Shown: positions 56,136 through 64,000 of the stretch, piece by piece | Numbering within the stretch: position 1 is the first letter of the stretch | Layout of the letters: each line of letters starts with the position of its first letter | Source: Octopus vulgaris | Lineage: Eukaryota | Length of the DNA: 64,000 nucleotides | Direction of reading: 5' to 3' | NCBI GenBank assembly: GCA_951406725.2 | Contig: OX597825.1 | Location: forward strand, 35,154,001-35,218,000 | Position numbers and translations under genes: made by a program | The notes under the pieces: model-generated | Database searches by the model: none | What the model saw: the letters and a program-made list of their open reading frames with translations, nothing else | What the model was told of the DNA's origin: nothing

Positions 56136-56534
56136 CTCAATATAAGAACGAAGCTGATAATTTAGTGTGAGGGAGGAGTTTGTTATATCAACTCCAGTAC
56201 ATGGAATAATCTGAATTGTGTATTATTAGTACACCATTTGTGGCAAGGAGCGGTCGGTTTTATTGATTTCGGTACTAGATTGGGGCATAATTTTATTGCC
56301 TCACAAAATGCTGAAAATCAAAATCGATCTTGGAGTGAGTTGGACAGAGAACGTGAAGATGAAAAAATTGGCTAGGAATTTTGATCCGGTACTTCTTAAC
56401 ACTTTGGCACTTAACCATCTGTGTTTAAGCGACAGAATGACAAATAAACACACAGTATATGATTCAACTATCCATTTCTAACTAACGCAATACAGGTATG
56501 CTATTTAGAGATAGGAACACTCAATTATGATAAT

Positions 56535-56955
56535 TAAATACGGTATTGACTAAATGCAGCATTAACTGAATACTACATTGACTAAATGTGGCAATTACTA
56601 AAAACTATGTTAACTATATGTGGTATTAACTAAACGGTACATTGGCGAAATACTATGTTAAATACGGCATTAGCTAAATACTATGTACACTAAAACAGTA
56701 TTAATTAAATACTATATTAGCTAACTATATGGTATTATTTAAATATCATATGAAATATATTAAGATACGTCATTAAACATAACTTTAATTAAATGTCATT
56801 AAATGTAGCATCAATTAAATCCTATGTTGGCTAAAAATGGAATTAACTAAATACATCATTAACTAAATATTGTATTAATTACTACATTAAATACAACATT
56901 GACTTAATATAGAACGAAATACTATGCTGGCTAAAAGTATATTAACCAAATATAG
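56535..56955. repeat. Degenerate 16-bp minisatellite (about TAAATACNRYATTAAC)
   Basis: taaatacggtattgac / taaatgcagcattaac / tgaatactacattgac / taaatgtggcaattac ... Confidence 0.8.
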
Positions 56956-57407
56956 CAAAACATTTTAATGAGATTCTACATCTTCATATTCTGACATTCT
57001 TCTGTCTTTGAAATGATCTTCTGAGAAATAATGTTATCGAACAAATGAAACAAATACGATAAAACAATAAAACGAGAAAAAAAGTTCAACATTAAATGTG
57101 AATTTAAAAAATAAATAAATAACTAAATTAAAAACGAAAGGAAATATATTTTTCACTGCTCAATTTACTTGTCAATTATTGAAGATGGATTGAAACTGTG
57201 TTGTGTGACTGAAACTCGATGTTACAACGTAGAGAGATGTTCTTAATATAAATTGGGAGTTGAAATATGAACCTTTGTTATATGAGAATGTGGGACTGTT
57301 TTAGTAATTACACAAAAATTAGAAATAGAGACGGAGAAGGGTTAAGAAAATATTAGCAAAAAGACCGGTAAAACACAACACTGTGTGCGGCAATAATGGT
57401 AAGGTAA

Positions 57408-57805
57408 GGCGGCGAGCTGGCAGAAACGTTAGCACGCCGGGCGAAATGCGTAGCTGCATTTCGTCTGCCGATACGTTCTGAGTTCAAATTCCGCCGAGGT
57501 CCACTTTGCCTTTCATCCTTTTGGGGTAGATTAAATAAGTACCAGTTACGCACTGGAGTCGATATAATCGACTTAATCCGTTTGTCTGTCCTTGTTTGCC
57601 CTCTCTGTGTTTAGCTCTTTGTGGGTAGTAAAGAAATAAGTATTTCGTCTGTCTTTATGTTCTGAGTTCAAATTCCGCTTAGGTCGACTTTGCCTTTCAT
57701 TCTTTGGGATCGATAAATTAAATACCAGTTGCGTACTGAGGTCGATGTAATCGACTGGCCCCTTCCTCAAAAACTTTGAGCCTTGTGCCTAGAGTAGAAA
57801 AGAAT
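57408..57805 (+). mobile_element. SINE family B with duplicated body
   Basis: Matches 31481-31832. Confidence 0.9.
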
Positions 57806-58432
57806 ACTGGTAAAGTCGTGGTTTCAAATTTTGGCATAAGGCTAGCCATTTTAGGGGCGAGTGGGTTAGTCTATAATTATCGACTCCAGTATTCAATTGA
57901 TACTTATTTTAACGACTCGAAAGCATAAAAGTTAGAGTCGATCTCAGAGAAATTCGAACTCAGAACCTAATAGTGCATCGGACAAACTGCACAGCGTCAT
58001 TTAATTCACCTCTTTCCATTCTCAATTCAAATTCCACCAAACTCGACTTTGCCTTTCACCCTTTCGGGGTCGATAAAATATGTACCATTTGAGCATTGGG
58101 GCCGAAGTAATAGACTAGCCAACTCTCCTTAAAACTGCTGGCCTTCTTTTGAAACTATATTAGTAATGTCGTATCGCTACCGGGATCCCCTGCTTTTGTT
58201 ATTCTTGGTTTCACTTTGTCTCCTAACTCTTCTTTGTTTTTTTTTTAGTTGGCTTTTCCTTCTTCCTGGGTCGAAACAATCATGCCTTCTTTCTAATATA
58301 TTATAACTGTGGTATTGAGCAGAATATTTGCTGTAGCCCTTGTATACGAAGACAAAACAATGTATAAGATAACACTTCCAATCAGTTAAGATCAGAAGCC
58401 ACGAGAGCCACTGCCTGGTACTACATCAGGAC

Positions 58433-58496
<64 letters not shown>

Positions 58497-58561
58497 ATCA
58501 TCATCATCATCATCGTCATCATCATCATCATCATTATTATTATTTTTATTATTATTATTAA

Positions 58562-58742
58562 GGCCGCAAGCTGGCAGAATCGTTAGCACGCCGGGCAGAA
58601 TGCTCAGCGGCATTTCGTCCGTCTTTACATTATGAGCTTACTTTACAGTCATTCGGGGTCCATAAATTAAGTACTAGTTGAGTATTGGGGTCGATGCAAT
58701 CGACTTACACCCTTCCCGATATTGCTGACCTTGTGCCAAAAT
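58562..58742 (+). mobile_element. SINE family B, diverged
   Basis: agctggcagaatcgttagcacgccggg head. Confidence 0.8.
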
Positions 58743-58750
58743 TATTGTTA

Positions 58751-58794
<44 letters not shown>

Positions 58795-59331
58795 GACGTC
58801 ACGCATTATACAATATCGTGATGTTGATGATTGAAGGTATTGTATCTACCGAGGTTTTGTACTATTTGTCAAGTCACAACAAGGACCTCAGACAAATAGT
58901 ACTTTACGCAATATGCACGCAGTTCCAAGTAATGCCGACTTTTGCAATACATCTAGATTGTAGGGTATTTCTAAAGTTTTCAGATGTTTTTTCTTTCAGA
59001 TTGGGTGGTATTGAACCCAATGGTCCGATGGCAATAGGGATAACATTTATGCTTGAGTCTCGTAGCTGCCACATTTTGGAATTCGAAACATTTTAAGGAA
59101 GATTTGGCTGTTATTTCTTGAAAGTGTTTTGTTCAAGAACTTTAAGCACTCAACTGTTTGAAAATAGAAATCACTGTCTTGCATGTAACACTGGAACCAA
59201 TTGGTGTGCATGTGTGTATATATATATATATAGTCCTGTAGAAGCTCCTTCTATAAAATAAATTAATTTACTCTGCTATGTATTGAGTACCTTATTTACT
59301 GTGGTTAACCCCGACTCAACCCGGGACCTAC

Positions 59332-59412
<81 letters not shown>

Positions 59413-59624
59413 TATTATGTGAAATAGAAAGATGAATAATCTTGTAGTAGATTAATCAAAAGTTTAACCGATACCTTAGTAGCAAAAATCACAGCAGTAA
59501 AACAGCACGGTTGGAGGTACAACCATATGGTGTTGCAACCGTGCGTTGGTGCGGATAATTGAAATTAGAACATTATTGGTGAATTGAAGAAATGGAGCTG
59601 AACGCAGATTGAACAGAAATCGTT

Positions 59625-59719
59625 TTATTTCATTCTACACGTGTTTCGAAAGGCACAAATTACCAAAATCCGATGGAATAATGGGACCATATTGTGTCTT
59701 TCTCTTCAGGAAGAAAATA
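59625..59719 (-). ncRNA. Hammerhead ribozyme in the PLE 3' terminal repeat (sense copy)
   Basis: Reverse complement of 62419-62513. Confidence 0.8.
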
Positions 59720-60308
59720 GGAAATCCGTTGGAAAAACAAAAACAGAACAGAGGCGGAGCAAAAACAAATCGAACTATGCTCCTAAGAGCCCATGGCGAA
59801 ACTGTTTATCAGTGTATGTTGAGAACCGGTGGCTGAAGAATTCAACGGGTCAAGCATCGGTCAATCATGTGGGTGAGGGTGCGTAGATGTTCTTTGTGAC
59901 CGAGAATACAGTGCTGACTATTTAAAGAATATTGGATGTTTTATAAGGGGCGAGAAAAAATCTACTTAGAGACGTGTGTGTGTGTATACTGTTCTATATA
60001 TGTGTGTGTTGGCGTAGGGGTAGAAAACATTTTTTGTGTACGTGTGTGCGTTTGATCGTTCGGCTGTCAGTGGCTACTGCCGTGATAACCGTTGGGTGGC
60101 AGAAAAAAAAAATATATATATATCATGTTTTATGTGTGTGTGTGTTCATCTAGGCCTGCCTTGTCAAGGAAACCCCCCGCTGTGAAAAAACCAAGCCCCG
60201 TTTGTCTTACAGGAGTAATTCCCCTTGCAGTGGTTAATCGTAGATATCTTAAAGGCTATTTCAGAATTTGTTACCAAGGGCTATGGGTGCCGGTATTATT
60301 TATAAACG

Positions 60309-62093
60309 CTATTTAAAAGCCAGATAAGTGTAACGCCGCCAATGGGGGCATCGAAAAGCCGACTGTAAAAGCCCGTTTACCATCCGGTCTCTGGCAAACA
60401 AAATATGGAAGAGTTCGGAGACACAAAGGTTGCACTGCCTTCTGCCCCTATCAAATGGGAGGGCCACCGACAAAATGGACCATTCCAGCCTGTAGCTTAA
60501 GTTCGTATCCTTCAGTCGCCATATTAGCTTACTGAGTCCCGTGGTCTGGCGCTTGTTCATGTCCCGAAAAGTTGCGTAATGGTTGGAGACACGCAAAGAC
60601 AATCTTGAGGATGAGGCCCCTACATAAGTGAAGACATCTGAGTCCGTGTAAACCTTGCATTGGTAGACGGCGTTTTTGATCTTGGAGTTCGCCGACGTGA
60701 ATCTAATTCTGCTAGGATTAGTTTCTGAAATTAGAACTGCGTTCCTGTCACTATATTCGTTCCGAGACCTGCAGCCGCTTACTACTCTATTTTCCACTAC
60801 GTCACTATTAACTATAGGAATAACCCCTGATTCTCCACTATCTATCAAAGTGCTGTCATTGCTACTGCCCGTGGTGCTGCTATAGCGGGAAATGATGCTG
60901 GGGATGCTATTGGGGCTCTCTACCCTACTCCCATTGTTACCTTCAACCACAACACCCCTATTTATAACTATACCCCTAGTAGGTACTCCCTGGCTGGAGC
61001 TGAGATTATGTGTCACTGTACTGGCTCTCATATCATTATTACTACTATAATTATTCCTACTGAGCATTAAACCGGGAGCGGAAGAGGCTGTGCCTCCGGA
61101 AAAAGGTGATAGGGTCTTAGTGAGTAGCCTATTATTATGGGAGGCGATTATCTGGGCGAGGTTTTTAGTGTTGGAGAAAGCTATCCTAACTTTATGCGAG
61201 TTAACCGTGGAGTAATATTTGGAATTTCTGGGGAAGTTATTGGCGATGGCTTGTCTAAACATGAGGGGGAGGTTAGTTCTAATCTGCTTACCAAAGGGGA
61301 TTACAAACCATATATGCTTATTCCTATCAGTGTGATGGATCGGGACGCCAGCTCTCGCATTCGGGTGGGTGATTCTCGGATGAATAACGGGTCTTGGGTT
61401 AGTGTAAGACCTCCCGGACCGATAATTATCCTTGTTCGCTAAATTAAATGCGGGAGCGACTACCCCGGCATCCACCGCGCTCCCGTCCTTACTTAAAATG
61501 TTAATGTTATTATATACGGCCCTATCCTGATGACCGAATGATGGCATCGGAAGGGCCGGATCAATATAAATTACCTTCTGCCTATAACCGGCCTTGGATA
61601 GTGCGGCGTTATAAAATTCCGCTTTCTGCATAAAAATATCGGCACTGGCGGACAAGCCAGACAATCTTAGAGAGATGTTTTTAACCAAATTGTCTGTTAC
61701 GGTTTTGGCATGATTTGAGAAGACACTGACATACTTCAAATTAGTGGAAGGCTTATGGTAAGGGCAGTATGAGTCGCTATTAAGGTTAAGTGTAACGTCT
61801 AGGAAATTGGCCTTGGTGAGTTCATTATCAAAAACTATACTCATGCCCATTCTATTAAAAAACCTAGCTAACCCGCTCTTAGTTTTCTGCACTATTCTGT
61901 TCGTGGTGTTTTGCAGGTAAAACAGACAATCGTCACGATACAGGCCGCCCGCGATCTCCGGGAATTGGTCGGACAATTCGTAGAGAATATATATTCCGAC
62001 CAAATCGGCTATCTGCGCACTATCCGAACTACCCATAGGCACATCAAATTCATTGGGAGTATCTTTACGGATCCACAACTTATTATCAAACTT
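60309..62093 (-). CDS. PLE polyprotein fragment: RT C-terminal half, thumb and GIY-YIG endonuclease (no true start; truncated)
   Basis: FDVPMGSSDSAQIADLVG, GGLYRDD, FLDVTL, YHKP, IWFVIPF, AVYQC..YVG..R..H, CNLCVSE, CPH; no stop codons over more than 589 codons. Confidence 0.9.
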   Translation of the reverse strand, partial: KFDNKLWIRKDTPNEFDVPMGSSDSAQIADLVGIYILYELSDQFPEIAGGLYRDDCLFYLQNTTNRIVQKTKSGLARFFNRMGMSIVFDNELTKANFLDVTLNLNSDSYCPYHKPSTNLKYVSVFSNHAKTVTDNLVKNISLRLSGLSASADIFMQKAEFYNAALSKAGYRQKVIYIDPALPMPSFGHQDRAVYNNINILSKDGSAVDAGVVAPAFNLANKDNYRSGRSYTNPRPVIHPRITHPNARAGVPIHHTDRNKHIWFVIPFGKQIRTNLPLMFRQAIANNFPRNSKYYSTVNSHKVRIAFSNTKNLAQIIASHNNRLLTKTLSPFSGGTASSAPGLMLSRNNYSSNNDMRASTVTHNLSSSQGVPTRGIVINRGVVVEGNNGSRVESPNSIPSIISRYSSTTGSSNDSTLIDSGESGVIPIVNSDVVENRVVSGCRSRNEYSDRNAVLISETNPSRIRFTSANSKIKNAVYQCKVYTDSDVFTYVGASSSRLSLRVSNHYATFRDMNKRQTTGLSKLIWRLKDTNLSYRLEWSILSVALPFDRGRRQCNLCVSELFHILFARDRMVNGLLQSAFRCPHWRRYTYLAFK

Positions 62094-62418
62094 AAATGTT
62101 TTCTACCCCTACGCCAACCCCTACGCCAACACACACATATATAGAACAGTATACACACACACACGTCTCTAAGTAGATTTTTTCTCGCCCCTTATAAAAC
62201 ATCCAATATTCTTTAAATAGTCAGCACTGTATTCTCGGTCACAAAGAACATCTACGCACCCTCACCCACATGATTGACCGATGCTTGACCCGTTGAATTC
62301 TTCAGCCACCGGTTCTCAACATACACTGATAAACAGTTTCGCCATGGGCTCTTAGGAGCATAGTTCGATTTGTTTTTGCTCCGCCTCTGTTCTGTTTTTG
62401 TTTTTCCAACGGATTTCC

Positions 62419-62513
62419 TATTTTCTTCCTGAAGAGAAAGACACAATATGGTCCCATTATTCCATCGGATTTTGGTAATTTGTGCCTTTCGAAACACGTG
62501 TAGAATGAAATAA
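62419..62513 (+). ncRNA. Hammerhead ribozyme (type I) in the inverted PLE repeat
   Basis: attttcttc CTGAAGA gaaag-acacaa...ttgtgc-ctttc GAAA c-acgt-g TA| gaatgaaat: canonical core, extended stem II, short palindromic stem III, GUA site at 62500-62502. Confidence 0.82.
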
Positions 62514-62617
62514 AACGATTTCTGTTCAATCTGCGTTCAGCTCCATTTCTTCAATTCACCAATAATGTTATATACATATATATATATACATATATATATA
62601 CATATACATACATACAT

Positions 62618-62676
<59 letters not shown>

Positions 62677-63399
62677 TACACATATATATGCGCACACATA
62701 TCTATATATATAGGCTCACACACACACGCACACCTACACACACTCACATACACATATTTGTATACCTTTACGTGTGTATGTACTGGTCTATATTATCTAT
62801 ATTAAAGGTATTTATGTATTAAGTAGAAAACCTAAATTGGGTTTCAAGTGTTACTTCATATTTTAGTAACGCCTTCCCTTCTTCGTTTCTCCTCGTCTCT
62901 TAAGTGATATCCCTTCCCCTTCCTCTAACCCTTATCCAACCTCAGTGTCCTCCCGAATCTCAGAAAATTAACTACTTTGCTGATTGTTTGAGGTGATTGC
63001 ACCAGCTGGTGCTTATTCGGTGTAAACCAAATTAGCATTGAAGGAAGTACTATTGCATAGATAAATTGCACACACACGCACACGCACGCACACACACACG
63101 CAATATGCACGCACACATACATCAACACACACGGATATATGTGCGTGTATGTGCGGGTGCAAATATACGTGTAAATGAGTTTGCGGATGTGTGAGATTAC
63201 ACACTTGTATCACATGCATATATTAAGCACTCTTAGAAATGTTTGCCAAGTACACACACGCACGCGCGCGCCCACACACACGCACACACACATATACACA
63301 CACACACACAAGTATATGTGCTTGGTGTGCCTGCGTGTGTGTCTATCTGTATATATATGCGTGTGTGTGTGCGCGCACGCATAAATATATATGTATATA

Positions 63400-63457
<58 letters not shown>

Positions 63458-63470
63458 TATATGTATATAC

Positions 63471-63520
<50 letters not shown>

Positions 63521-64000
63521 AAAATCAAGAGAAGTTACACTGTTACACTGTGTGAAAGTGTGTGTTTAATATATATGTAAGTAAATATATCTGTATGTAT
63601 GTATGTATGGATGGATGGATGCTAGAGATAAACAGAAATTTCGTGATACACGTTAAATAATGTTCATTGTTTTTGATTTTTGTTGCTTTGTTCTGAACCT
63701 CAGATGTTTACCAGATGTTCACGACATGTTTCTTCTACTAAAAAGATGTGAATTGCCCCTCTAATAGCCAAGTCGGTAAGATGATGGCGCCAGTTAGTAT
63801 GCATGTTGCAGATTTACATTTCAATATGCTCTTCACTATAAGCAGAGCAAATGTTATTAAGTGTTAACCAATCTCTTTTCTGTCTAAAAATATATAAATC
63901 TTATTTATGAAACTATTTTAGTAATGTGAGTAATTTAAAAGTGATTCCTGTCTTTATCTCCATCTTAGATTGCCGCTTCGTTCTCCTTTAAAAAAATATC

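Larger units (their letters stand above)
59416..62569 (-). mobile_element. Penelope-like retroelement, 5'-truncated, with an inverted terminal repeat, inserted in (TA)n
   Basis: RT + GIY-YIG ORF; 59569-60032 is the reverse complement of 62094-62569; TA-rich microsatellite on both flanks. Confidence 0.92.

Noticed and set aside
56535-56955. CRISPR-like array
   Set aside because: Contiguous degenerate 16-mers without unique spacers, no cas genes, eukaryotic context.
59609-59886. Short ORFs duplicated at 62252-62529
   Set aside because: They are identical only because of the inverted repeat and are antisense to the ribozyme strand; no recognisable domain.
59416-60308. SECIS element / selenoprotein-type PLE
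   Set aside because: No in-frame UGA in the retained ORF, and no convincing AUGA-AA-GA stem seen by eye in the 3' region; a SECIS search tool would settle it.

Overview
AT-rich, microsatellite- and transposon-dense animal DNA; the SINE repertoire suggests a cephalopod (Octopus-like), which is an inference. One host coding exon is supported: a minus-strand Na+/Ca2+ exchanger (NCX/SLC8-like) exon at 776-1519. The remainder is intronic or intergenic. It contains three tRNA-derived SINE families, decayed RTE LINEs, mariner, maT and hAT remnants, two non-autonomous Helitrons, foldback elements, and a young 5'-truncated Penelope-like retroelement (PLE: RT + GIY-YIG, 59416-62569) with inverted terminal repeats that carry a hammerhead ribozyme (HHR). 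The most interesting signal is a set of short, mutually divergent non-coding modules sitting in (TA)n tracts. Each keeps an HHR-like core, several have an extra purine after CUGANGA, three share a downstream GAGCGTC motif, and some form fold-back hairpins. They look like non-autonomous, ribozyme-bearing, microsatellite-targeting retroelements or PLE remnants. Almost all other ORFs in the track are translations of microsatellites or repeats. Coordinates were read by eye and may be off by a few bases.
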